From the NCBI GenBank assembly GCA_977017645.1, contig OZ360235.1, positions 62,372,001 through 62,436,000 of the forward strand: 64,000 nucleotides of DNA. Reading direction: 5' to 3'. Positions 11,529 to 22,504 of this stretch are shown piece by piece. A program made the translations under genes and the position numbers. Every line of letters begins with the position of its first letter. Position 1 is the first letter of the stretch. This stretch comes from Torpedo marmorata. Taxonomy: Eukaryota. A model generated the notes under the pieces. It worked only from the letters and a program-made list of their open reading frames with translations, had not been told where the DNA came from and ran no database searches.

Positions 11529-12764
11529 CACTGGACAACGAAGAGTTTGCTTCCCAAACACTTTTGGGTGTATTTTATGGATTTTGGGCTGCTGATCACA
11601 AAAATTGCCTTAAAATTTCCTATGACATACTGTTTTTAGATACAATCTATTTTTATAATTTCCTGTCATATTTTAAGTCTACTTCAAGCACACAAAACCA
11701 TGTTTGTCATTAAAAATTCATTTTCTGCATTCGCACTTGGACTTCTTCCCTGCCCGTTAAAGGAGACGACGGTGGTTTTATTTAAGATCCCGCGACAACG
11801 GGGTCTGCGCCCAAGATGGCAGCGCCTTTTAACCGGCAGCAGCAACGAGGGGCTGCAGATTCCGGGGAAGCGGAGGACTGGAGCAGGGCACCAGAGGACG
11901 GGAAGATCACCCCCCGTCTGAGAAGGAGAAACAGAGGAGACGACCCACAGAACGGTGACCACGGCAGGCTGAGGACCAGTGCATGCGGCGGGCTGCTGGC
12001 GACTCGAGGCGAGGAACCCGCGGAGGCTGTGGGCTGCTGGAGACTGCTGTCGAGGGACTCACGCCGGGCTGAGGACTGCTGGAGGCTGGCTCGAACTGGC
12101 TGGAGGAGTACCAGGTATCGGAACCGGGATGCGAGGGGGTGCTGAGGGCGACCTGACCGTGTTGGAGGTTCGGATCTGGAGCTCGGGTTGCCGATGGTTT
12201 GGACTGGACTCTATGTGGCTGCGGAAGCACTGGAGGCGAATCTATGGACACTCGATGACTCTGGGGGGACTCTCTTTTGCTTCTCTTTCTCTGACTGTAA
12301 GGAATGTTAGAGGCGCTTAGGCAATTTCTGCTGGTGGCGAATCTGTCTGCCTTGCAGCAGGCAAAAAGAAATTTCATGGAATATGACACTGTCTTATTAC
12401 TATGACAATAAATTGAATCTTGAATCTGATCTTGCTGCAGACAGTGACGAACACCAGGACATTGCGACCATGGAAAAGCAGTATCACGGCAACTGGATTC
12501 CATCAATGCTGACCGACTATTGTTGGACACTGACATGAGAGGCATCAGATGCTGAGTACAAATGTCAATCAGCGGCAAAACATTTTTAGGTCAGTTGAAC
12601 TAACACAATGTGTCAGCATCGTTATGCGATTATACATGCTAAATTCAATAAAGGTTAATGTTTCTCCAACTTCCTATGTGATACAATAAATCTGAAATTA
12701 TTTTTGTGATCAGCTTGAAGTTGTCTATCATAATCCCCAATTTGAAAAAAATTGTTGTCCAGTG
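11529..12764 (+). mobile_element. Chapaev3 (CMC superfamily) internally deleted DNA transposon, copy 1
   Basis: TIRs cactggacaac/gttgtccagtg and a 3-bp TSD tta (11526-11528, 12765-12767). Remnant of the transposase C-terminus. Contains a 673-bp retro-insertion. Confidence 0.85.
11754..12426 (+). mobile_element. GC-rich non-autonomous retro-element (SINE-like) with Rex1/Babar-type tail, copy 1 (5'-shorter)
   Basis: Highly similar to 15770-16464. Ends tgacaataaa(ttgaatc)2. The empty site ccctgc|tgatctt is visible in Chapaev copy 2 at about 30085. Confidence 0.85.
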
Positions 12765-13037
12765 TTATTAATGACCTTCTGAAAATTCAAGCACAGTATA
12801 TCTACTAGTTTACTTTTATCTACTCCCCTAGTTACAATCTAAAAAAAAGTCTTAACAGATTTGTCAGATGTGATTTCACCTTCATAAATCCATATCGACT
12901 TTCTGTCATTCTATTATTATCTTCCAAGTGTCCTGTTTTAATGGAACATCCTTCTCTTATTACTCATGAATAGAATCTAACCATTTTCCTGTCACTTATA
13001 TTAAAGTTTTATAAGGATGGCGAGAATGTGGAACGAG

Positions 13038-14120
13038 ACCACAATCAGTGAAGATTGGTAAGAACATCTCGTCCACAATCTCCATCAGTACCGGAGCACC
13101 ACAGGGCTGTGTTCTTAGCCCCCTGCTCTACTCACTTTACACCTACGACTGTGTGGCTCTGTACGACAATAACACCATCTACAAATTTGCCGACGATACC
13201 ACGGTAGTGGGTTGTATAAAGGAAGGGGATGAGTCAGCATATAGGATGGAGATTGAAAACTTGGCTATATGGTGCACCAAAAACAACCTTGCACTCAATG
13301 TCACCAAAACTAAGGAGCTGATTGTTGACTTCAGGAAAGGAAAGCCAGAGGTATACAATCCAGTAATCATTCGGGGATCAGAGGTGGAGAGGGTGAGCAA
13401 ATTTAAGTTCTTGGGAGTCACTATCTCGGAGGATTTTTCCTGGACCCAACACACCAATGGCATCGTGAAGAAAGCACGTCAGTGCCTCTACTTCCTCAGG
13501 AGTTTGTGGAAGTTTGGTATGATACCAGAAACCCTGGCAAATTTCTAAAGAGGTGTGGTGGAAAGTGTGCTGACCGGCTGCATCACGGTCTGGTATGGGG
13601 ACACCAATACCCCTGAGCGTAAATCCCTCCAAAAGTTAGTGGACACAGCCCAGGACATCACAGGCAAAACCCTCCCCAATATTAAGTACATCTACAGGGA
13701 ACGCTGCCATCGGAGGGCAGCAGTAATCATCAAAGTCCCACACCACAGCATACGCTCTGTTCTCGCTGCTGCCAACAGGAAAGAGGTATAGGTGCCACAA
13801 GACTCGCACCACCAGGTTCAGGAACAGCTGCTACCCCTCCACCATCAGATTCCTCAACGACAAACTCAATCAGAGACTCATTTAAGGACTCTTACTTGTG
13901 CACTTTATTGATTTTCTTTTTTATTCTCCCTGTATTGCACAGTCAGTTTGTTTATATTCGTTATCTGTTTACAGTTCTTTATTTATTTACATGTATACGC
14001 TGTGTACAGTTTTTTTTTTTGCACTACCAATTAGTGGTAATTCTGCCGCGCCCACAGGAAAAAGAATTGCAGGGTTGTATGTGATGTCGTGTATGTGCTC
14101 TGACAATAAATCTGAAATCT
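13038..14120 (+). mobile_element. 5'-truncated Rex1/Babar LINE (RT pseudogene) inserted in a CR1 tail
   Basis: GAPQGCVLSPLLYSLYT, KFADDTTVVG and LNVTKTKELIVDFR motifs. In-frame stop at 13546-13548. 3' end tgacaataaa(tctgaaa)n. The flanks rejoin as CR1 gtggaacgag|ctggcagcagaagtgg. Confidence 0.92.
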
Positions 14121-14320
14121 GAGCTGGCAGCAGAAGTGGTGGATGTAGGTTCGATTTCGACGTTGAAGAGAAAATTTGATAGGTATATGATTAGGAGGGG
14201 TATGGAGGGCTATGGTCCGGGTGCAGGTCTATGGAACTCACCGGAATACAGTAATAGTTCAGCATGGACTAGATAGACCAAAGGGCCTGTTTCTGTTCTG
14301 TAGTGTTCTATGGTTCTATA
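14121..14320 (+). mobile_element. CR1 LINE 3' end
   Basis: Tail aagggcctgtttctgttctgtagtgttctatggttctat. Continues the stub at 13010-13037. Confidence 0.8.
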
Positions 14321-14390
14321 ATCTCATAATCATCCACACACTGAAACTCGTTTCACAATTTTAGCGATTTGCTCAATTAATATTTCTTAC

Positions 14391-14716
14391 ATATTAATGC
14401 TTTCAACGACACTATTCACAAAGCCACCATTGTTTTCATCAACAGACATGCATACGTGACTTCTCTTCCATCTTTTACAAATACGGTTAATAGTTGCTGC
14501 CCACAGATTCTTGCTTTTTGGCAAATTGGCTGTATGCCGATTTATCCCAATTCCGTCTCCTGGCACTGAACTATTCCTTAATATTTTGTTTTCAATTCCA
14601 TGAACTTCAAAAGTGACAGTCTCTTCTGGGGGGGTTTCATGCAATGAAATGCCTTGTGGAAAACCCAGTCCATCGTTCATCATCTCTTGAAAAATTTGAT
14701 CAGAGTCACCCGGCAT
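14391..14716 (-). CDS. Candidate first (or internal) coding exon of the unidentified 161-aa host gene
   Basis: Open for 326 nt from the ATG at 14716 to the donor AT|GTAAGA (GT at 14390-14389). A possible acceptor lies 6 nt upstream of the ATG (AG at 14724-14723). Unique, non-TE-like sequence. Confidence 0.5.
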
Positions 14717-14743
14717 TGTTAACTTATATCAAATATAAAGAAG

Positions 14744-15161
14744 TGTATGACAACTAATGCGAGTACAACACAATTTTATTAGTTTTGCAAAGCGGGTGCT
14801 CTGTTACACGAGAAGACCTGTTGTAACCTACAACAGGGTCTTTCTGCAAGAAAGCCCATACGCAGATGGGCACAAGCCTTTTTGTATGGTTTAGCTTCCC
14901 ATTCTACAGCCTGTTCCTGACTATTCACATGACCTGTAATCTGCAGACTTCAGCAAAACATCTAGCATGAGTTTCGAGAACAGTATGGCCTGGGTTCTCA
15001 CGTTTTGCAGCTGCGTTACTAAAAGAAAACAATTTCTTTTGCAGACTCTAGTATTTTCCCATAAAAAAATATTCTTTTTAAGCCTTTTCTTGCTGCTGAA
15101 ATTTATAGAAAGGAAAGAAGCAAATAAAGCAAATCTATACAATCTATGCTATAATCTATCA
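14744..15161 (-). mobile_element. ERV 3' LTR
   Basis: On the minus strand, PPT aaaaggagggaa (15173-15162) is followed by TG at 15161. AATAAA at 14780-14775. CA end at 14744 or 14748. TATA-like catacaaaaagg near 14889. Directly follows env. Confidence 0.7.
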
Positions 15162-15245
15162 TTCCCTCCTTTTATCATTCCATGATAACTTATTTCATCG
15201 TTAGAATAGTTTGGTCTTTAAACATAATCGGATCATACAAAAGAG

Positions 15246-17060
15246 TCAAAAGATCAACACAACTAATAAAATAATAGCCAGGACACACAGACCCTGAATG
15301 AATGTCGTCCACCATCCTTTGAAAAGCCACCAAGATGGTCCTGGGGGTTTGTAATTATGGAACTGTTCCCCTATTTTCTGGACATCACGTATTCTTTCTC
15401 TTATGTGGTTCGCCAAATGGGTAATATTTTCAGAGGCATCAGGGATGTAGGTGCAGCATTCCTGCCCTACTACTGCACATGTACCACATTTGTCTGCCAA
15501 CAGCAGATCAAGGACCATCTGATTCTGCAGAGCCACGGTTCGTATAGCTACTACCTCCACAGTGAGTTCACAAATCTGGGTCTGCGTATTTTCTTCCATC
15601 CTTGCAGTAGTGTTGGCAAACTTTTCTAGGGCACTGGCCATAGCATGGCTGTAGCGGCAGCGCTGCCGCTGGTGCGGACCCGCGGGGAGCGAGGGAGCAC
15701 AGGTACAGCGCTCCCGCGGGGTCCAGCCGCCCAGTCGACTGCCGTCGGTTCCGCACGGGCTTTGACCGTGTTAAAGGAGCCGACGGTGGTTTTATTTAAG
15801 ATCCCGCGACCACGGGGTCTGCGCCCAAGATGGCAGCGCCTTTTAACCGGCAGCAGCCACAAGGGGCTGCAGATTCCGGGGAAGCGGAGGACTGGAGCAG
15901 GGCACCAGAGGATGGGAAGATCACCCCCCATCTGAGAAGGAGAATCGGAGGAGACGACCCACGGGACGGTGACCACGGCGGCGGACCGGTGAGGGGCTCT
16001 GAGGCTGAAGGACCAGTGCATGCGGTGGGCTGCTGACGACTCGAGGCGAGGAACCCGCGGAGGCTGTGGGCTGCTGGAGACTGCTGTCGGGGGACTCACA
16101 CCGGGCTGCGGACTGCTGGAGGCTGGCTCGAACTGGCTGGAGGAGCACCAGGTATCGGAACCGGGATGCGAGGGGGTGCCGAGGGCGACCTGACCGTGTT
16201 GGAGGTTCGGATCTGGAGCTCGGGTTGCTGATGGTTTGGAATGGACTCTGTGTGGCTGCAGAGGCTGCGGAAGCGCTGGAGGCGAATCTACGGACACTTG
16301 GTGACTCTGGGGGGACTCTCTTTTGTTTCTCTGACTGTAAGGAATGTTAGAGGCGCTTAGGCAATTTCTGCCGGTGGCGAATCTGTCTGCCTTGCAGCAG
16401 GCAAAAAGAAATTTCATGGAATATGACACTGTCTTAATACTATGACAATAAATTGAATCTTGAATATTAATCAGTTCCTGAGCGGCTTTAGCCAAACCAT
16501 AATTGGGAAAGAGAATCATAAAGTACCGCTCAGTTTCAGAGATGGCTCTTTTTACTCTATCCCGTACCAAAATGCCGTATCGCTGGGGCAAGGTAAGTTA
16601 AATAATATCACTCTTGCCAAGAGTATGGCAGCCATGGATATGCTTTTTGTCCATCACAAAGATAGGTATAATTTAAGGTTGCTTCCCCCATAAAATAGCC
16701 AAAGTGATCACTTATTTTGGTACAATGGCCCGTTCCTGTCCTATTTTCATTTCCCTTGCACAAACAGGTTCCCCCTATAGTGTACCTGTTCAGTTTAAAA
16801 TAGGGGGGGTGTCTTGGACAGATCATAGTAGGGCTTATACCAATTGTTAAATGTGTAACAGGTCGGCATTCAGACGTTTTTATAGTGCTCAAAGTCCAAT
16901 TAGAGTAGCATTTCCAGGCCTGATATTCTGTCTGATTAAATGGTATTGCTAACATGGGGACTCCCTGATCACTGTAGGTTGGCAATTGGGTGCAGATCCA
17001 ACAATGAGACAAATTCATAGTTTCAACATACATCAGGGACATACTATCGGCATAACCTTC
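15246..17060 (-). pseudogene. env: Endogenous retrovirus gamma-type envelope (SU+TM), disrupted
   Basis: SU CxxC motif CWIC, furin site RVKR, fusion peptide, ISD LQNQMVLDLLLA, CX6CC (CAVVGQECC) and a TM helix. Disabled by a stop at 16608, a frameshift before RVKR, an ~820-bp insertion and a stop at 15246. Confidence 0.93.
15643..16464 (+). mobile_element. GC-rich SINE-like element with Rex1/Babar-type tail, copy 2 (longer 5' end)
   Basis: Splits env between ELIN and MASA with only a (a)ta overlap. Same tail as copy 1. Confidence 0.88.
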
Positions 17061-17519
17061 CCTTTACTGATCCATGCTACCATTCCCAAATCAGTCGAAA
17101 AGTTTCTTGGTTTTCAGGCACACTCTCTTTATAGAGTCCAATGATTTCTCAATTTTTATGCAAGTGGTTTAAAATTCTTGAGATTACCGCCCTTAACATA
17201 TTAAATATGGGCGATGTTCAATTTTTCCGACAATTTGCATCACAGCAAAGTCAAAGTTCTTCATTCTGAACTGCCAGAATATTTTACATGATATTCTTCA
17301 ATCTGTGGAATATTACCTTAAATTATATTCCCCATCAGGCCAAAATTGCAACTGTCAACAGTCTGTTCAATGCAATGTGCTCATTCCTGTGTCCTTACGT
17401 TTGCACCACTTTTAATTGTTAGCATTTGTTGCGACTTTTCAAATAATTACACATTTTATACTACTTAACATGGATAAAGATAGCCTTGACTTTCATAATA
17501 CTGAAGACTAAATTATAAC

Positions 17520-17900
17520 TACCCTTTCCTACCACACAGGGATCCAACCAATTTTGAGGTGAAGTACAATTCACTTACACTTCTTCCAAACTGGTGCGCT
17601 GCATCCAGTGCTCACAACGTAGTCACCTTTACGTTATGGAAGCCAAATGTAGATTAGGTGATCACTTTACAGAAATCTCAGTTCATTATGCAAGGGTGAC
17701 CTGAACTTCCAGTTGCCACTCCCTTTAGTTCTCAGCCCATTCCACTTTGACTCAATGTCTTTGGCTTCCTATACTTTTCCAATTAGACTCAACATGAACT
17801 CAAGACACAGCACCTCATTTCTTGCAGCCTTGGACCTACCTCACATTTCTAGCATTCAGTCTTTTTCCCTCTCCTAGTAATTTCAGATTCAATTTATCTC
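17520..17900 (+). mobile_element. Penelope-like element, decayed GIY-YIG endonuclease region
   Basis: Decayed FTYTSSKLVRCIQCSQ...CRLGDHFTE...LPVA...QHLI..LQP pattern. Confidence 0.7.
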
Positions 17901-18489
17901 CACCATTTTGCACCTCCCCCAAACAGAAGATGAACAGTTATTGCCCATCATGGGGGAATCTAGAACGAGGAGGCACTATTTCATCCGTTTATGACACAGA
18001 TGAAGGACTTTTTTCTTCCTCTTTGAGAAGAATTGGCTAAATTTACAAGCCTGTGGATAAAAGGAAGAATTAACTTGGGGGTACTACCAATCAACAAGTT
18101 GTTTGCTGCAACCAATGTTCTATGATTCTAATAAAATTACATGACAAATGTTTTCTATTTTTAAAACTTTTAAAACATATGGTCGTAATTAGTGAGATTT
18201 GTAACACAATCACACCAAATTATCTGTTATTTTAATGGAGCTATTAATATATTTAAAATGTACTGATTATTATCACCATCCAGTCTCTTTTCACTAACAT
18301 GTTCTCATATTGCTCTTTTAATTTTGGTGTTTGGCCATTGCTAACCATGCCGCTGATTGCTTTTGTGCATCTCCAAGGGACACAATTTTGAGAACGTAGA
18401 CCCATCTGAGTTAGTTAACTAATTAAAGGCAGCCTGCAGCATTTAAGGAGGACATGCTTGTGGGTACAGCCTGGGGGAACTCATTCTAA

Positions 18490-18737
18490 GGTCACGGTTA
18501 GCATAGCAGTTAGCGCAACGCTATTACAGCGCCAGCGACTCAGGGTAGAATCGGTGCTGTCTGTAAGGAGTTTGTATATTCTCCCCGTGCCTGTGTGGGT
18601 TTCCTGTGGGTGCTCTGGTTGCACCCCCCCCCCCACCGTTCAGAAACATATGGGGATTGTAGAGTAATTGGTGTATTTGGGGGACATGGGCTTGTGGGCC
18701 GGAAGGGCTTGTTACCGTGCTGTATGTCTAAATTTAA
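18490..18737 (+). mobile_element. tRNA-derived V-SINE (HE1-like)
   Basis: A-box-like tagcatagcagttagcgc, V-domain tgtaaggagtttgtatattctccccgtg...gggtttcc, and tail gttaccgtgctgtatgtctaaattt. Confidence 0.85.
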
Positions 18738-18756
18738 TGGCAGCTTTTGACAAGAA

Positions 18757-20300
18757 ATGGTGCAACAGAGCAGACTGCAAGCTCCACAATTTTCTTACAG
18801 AGCAGTGAAGGCTGGGATAGTGAGGTAGCAAGGAAGGCAGATGTCAGGAGCCACCGAGACATGTTGAAATGGAATGACAACGTGGTCCAGTTCTAGGAGG
18901 CATGCTCTAAAGACCTGAAGGCAGTGTTGCAAAAGCATGATAACTTCACGCAACTGGTTAATGTCAGTGAATGCATTTTTAAACAACTAAATCTCAACAA
19001 ATGAATTATTAAACTCTGTCAATATTTGATACAGCACACCACCATCAAATACAATAATATCTATTGATTAGGACTGGAACCCAATATTCATTCTCTTTCA
19101 AGTCTCAGAACTTTCAAACACTGCAAGCTATTCATCACCTACATCAGTTACCTCATGCAACACTCACTGCCATATTTTCTTTCTTCCATAATGAGCATTT
19201 GCAAAGTTTGGTGACTGGCGGGGGACGCTGGTGGCTGCATCCCTATTCCAGAAGAAGGTGCTCTGCCGAGTGGGAGCAGCAATGTTTCATAGACCACAAC
19301 AGCAATGGGCTATTTTTTTCTGTCCCACTTCTCTCTCATCACCTAACCTTCATTTACAAACTGCTGGTGGTGGTGGTTCAACCATCCACCTCATTAATGC
19401 CCTTACTCATTGATTACACTACCCCCATGACTTTCCTTCTTTCAGCCAACCTAGAATCGCATCCTGTCCAGATGGTGTTTGAACAGCAGAAAGCAAAAAT
19501 GAAGATGCAAGGACACTTGATTTGATAATTGCAGTCATTGGGCATGGAATGATGAAACACCCAGCCTGGGCGGCTTGTAGCCTGGAAGTGGGGGGGTAGA
19601 CGGGACGGGGGGGGGGGAAGGATCACCCAAGTTTGTATGCTGGGAGTGAAATGGCACCTGAGGAGAACACGAATAACGACACAAATGGGACGGTTTATGA
19701 AAGACTGATGGAGATAGTTAATGAAATTCTTGTGCTTTGGCAGGTTTGCCAGAAAGCATGCAGAGAATATCAAGGAGACAAGGAACTCCAGCAACAACCT
19801 CAAAAGGATTTGCACAGTTCAGAGCCTGATCTTTTATTTCAATTTAATTTTTAAAATTTAGACATATAGCACAGTAACAGGCCCTTCCGGCCCACGAGCC
19901 CGTGCCGCCCAATTACACCCAATTAACTTACACCCCTGGTACGTTTATGAAGGGTGGGAGGAAACCGGAGCACCCAGAGGAAACACACGCAGACTCAGGG
20001 AGAATGTACAAACTCCTTACAGACAGGCCGGACTGGAACCGGCGCAGGCGCTGTAACAGCGTTGCGCTAACCGCTATGCTCACTGTCCCAATCTTGCTCC
20101 TTGCTGTTGCCTGGTGATTGTAGTGCAAAGATGTAGTCCAAAGCCAGGCCCATCAGACCCACAGCGGCTCCAGTTGTATTCTTAGGTCATTCATGTTGTA
20201 ATCAATAGGATATCAGTGCTTACAGCACTCAGTAGCTGAATGAGTTCCAAGGGAATGATTGGAAATCATTTGTGAGGTACTTGGCTCTACTTGTTTTAAC
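18757..20300 (+). mobile_element. Ancient PIF/Harbinger-like relic (Myb/SANT accessory ORF), heavily decayed
   Basis: Decayed QAPQFS...T*RQC.KKHDNFTQLVNV resembles the Myb/SANT RAPRFS...RTxxQCRKKFNDL pattern. The downstream ERLMEIVNEIL/ALAGLPES/GFAQ segments resemble the same ORF. Confidence 0.45.
19838..20087 (-). mobile_element. V-SINE, minus-strand copy
   Basis: Reverse complement of 18490-18737. Possible atctt target duplication. Confidence 0.85.
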
Positions 20301-20538
20301 AGTTTAGTTTTCATTCTCATTATGGTCAACTGCGTACATTTCAACATTGTGAAGGTCAAAGGATAACCAAGGTGGGAACTTTCCCACTGCCAGGTTGCCC
20401 TGGCTTTCATCTCCTCATTCTCCCTACCATGCTGTTCTCCAGTGCCATGATCTGCCTCCATTGCTTTTCCACAGTTCATGACATTTCACAAGGTGTACCT
20501 TGTCTGAAACAGTGGAGAGCACAATGCACAGTCTAAGT

Positions 20539-20701
20539 CAGGGGTGGCCAACCTTTTAATTTTTAATTTAGATATACAGCACGGTAACAGGCCATTTCGG
20601 CCCACGAGTCCGTGCCACCCCCCGGTACGTACTCGTGGGGCAAAATGACCTGTTACCGTGCTGTATGTCTAAATTAAAAATTAAAAGGTTGGCCACCTCT
20701 G
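20539..20701. mobile_element. Palindromic hAT-type MITE built from inverted V-SINE tails
   Basis: Termini caggggtggccaacc/ggttggccacctctg. Arms of about 70 bp with about 5 mismatches contain the SINE tail. Confidence 0.7.
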
Positions 20702-21492
20702 GTCACACACACACACACTAAATCGGACAAAGATTAACCATGGTAATGCCCAAGTAATGGACATCATACAACCAATTTTGCAGCCTATTACGCATTCATA
20801 AACTGGCCAAAGGTTCATATGATAGAGCGGTGTAAGATAATTTATATCACACAAATTCTGAGCAAAAATGCTCAAAACACTGTAGTTTCTGAACAATAAC
20901 TGCATTATTCTTCCAAATCATTGCCAATGTACAAAAAAGTCCATGGAGTTTAGAAGGAGAAATGATCTGCAAAACTCTATGGAGGCATGACATTGTATTT
21001 GTAGTGAAGAGCCCAGAACTGAGGAATAACCTCAAAAGAAGAGATTGAAAGGAGAATCTGTGAAATTCTTCACCCGAGCGCATGGAGTTTTCAGACTGGA
21101 AGGGAAATTGAATACTGGAATATAGAGCTTCAGCCAATGATCAGATCAGCCATGATCTTACCAGGTAGTGGAACAGGCTTTAGAGGTCCATATGTTGCAC
21201 TGTATTTCTTGCCATATTGTGGTTTTCCAATCCCTATTCTTCCTCAGTCACACAGCATAAATGCATGATGCAATTGCATGTTCACATTCCACTCCATTTC
21301 CAAAAGTTAATTTCCAAACAACACTATAATGTGCATTTGGCATACTTATAAGTATTTATGCAAGAAAGAGAAAGAAAATAAAGAGTTGTCTTTATAAAGC
21401 CCCTTATTTTTGTTGCAAGCTCTTTAAATATATAGGCTCAAATCTTGCAGCGCAAATTACTTACAACCTTGCGATTTGTGTGTAGATACAGA

Positions 21493-22372
21493 TGTTACAA
21501 AATCAAACCAGCAACGACAGAAGACGCAATGCAAAAGGGGTAAAATTGAAATTTATATTTATTAAAGACAATTAAACATATAATTTCACAACAATTAACC
21601 CCACTATAAATGTCTATAAACACTATTCTTATCTAAAAGGTGTGTGTGTGTGTGTGTGTGTGTAAAGCCCAGACCATTACAGTCTGTGCCCAACCCTTAT
21701 GTAAAAATGGAAAGACTTTCCCCAAAAACCCCAGGTCAGTCATAAAAACAAGTCAGTCAAAAAAAGAATAATACAGTCCACAAAATTCACTCTCTAAGTT
21801 CAGGTTTCAAATTCAGCTCTGTGTGCTGGCAGAAGTACTTCTGAATGAACATTGGAGAGAGACAATGACTGTTTATGCTTACAAATACTTGTTTTTCTTC
21901 TCTGATGACATTCCCTTCTTGTGTTTTCATAAGGATTGCGAGTTCAGATCAGTATACCACTGATTGAGGCGTGTGCTTGGATCTCACAGCTGGTCTCGCT
22001 GATCTCACGCCTGTTCTCCACAGAAGTTGCTTTTAACTCAGAATTTCTCTGAGACAGGAGGCCATGTGCTATTCTGCCAGCCTTTTCTCTGGGATGCACA
22101 AGCCTGGATTTGGCTGTGTTCTCTAGCCTTGCAACTCCCAACTGTCTGCTTTTTGCAAAGGTCTGCACCTGCTTTTGCAAAAGTGCAACAAAGTATCTTT
22201 TCCACAGCCTGTCTCTCTCTGCTCTCTCTCTATCTCTCTCTCTCTCTCTCTGGGTACACCAAGTCCTGGGCAAGTTAACTCTTTCAGTACCTGGTCCCAG
22301 TGTATACTCCAAAAGACTTCATCCTTCCTGCTGACCGTCCGCAGTTCAAATGGTCAGTCATGGTCCATAACA
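21493..22372 (-). repeat. Gypsy 3' LTR (880 bp)
   Basis: tgttacaaaatc...ggtccataaca, preceded on the minus strand by PPT gtgggtgggagg (22384-22373). Confidence 0.95.
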
Positions 22373-22504
22373 CCTCCCACCCACAAAGAAAATTTTGGTC
22401 TGCAAGAACAAAATTTAGGAAAGTAATTGAGGTGTCAGAATATAAACAAAATCTACAATGTTCATCCACAAATACAAAATATGAACTATTTTCATTGATA
22501 AAAT

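Larger units (their letters stand above)
11431..13000 (-). mobile_element. CR1 RT fragment split by a Chapaev3 element
   Basis: VPNVRLLNKIRAHGI...WIEDWL lies left of the insert. A decayed (Y)LDFQKAF-like sequence continues right of 12767. Confidence 0.7.

Noticed and set aside
11684-12578. Several ORFs on both strands
   Set aside because: GC-rich SINE-like sequence; the frames differ between the two copies.
15626-16591. 321-aa ORF as a novel env fusion protein
   Set aside because: Only the first ~42 aa are env; the rest is antisense read-through of the GC-rich insert.
15246-17060. Domesticated syncytin-like env
   Set aside because: Two stops, a frameshift, an insertion and no clear signal peptide.
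18490-18560. tRNA gene
   Set aside because: It is the tRNA-derived head of a V-SINE, continuous with the V-domain and LINE-type tail.
21944-22426. ORFs in the LTR (duplicated at 27644-28145)
   Set aside because: LTR sequence; the frames are altered by microsatellite length between the two LTRs.
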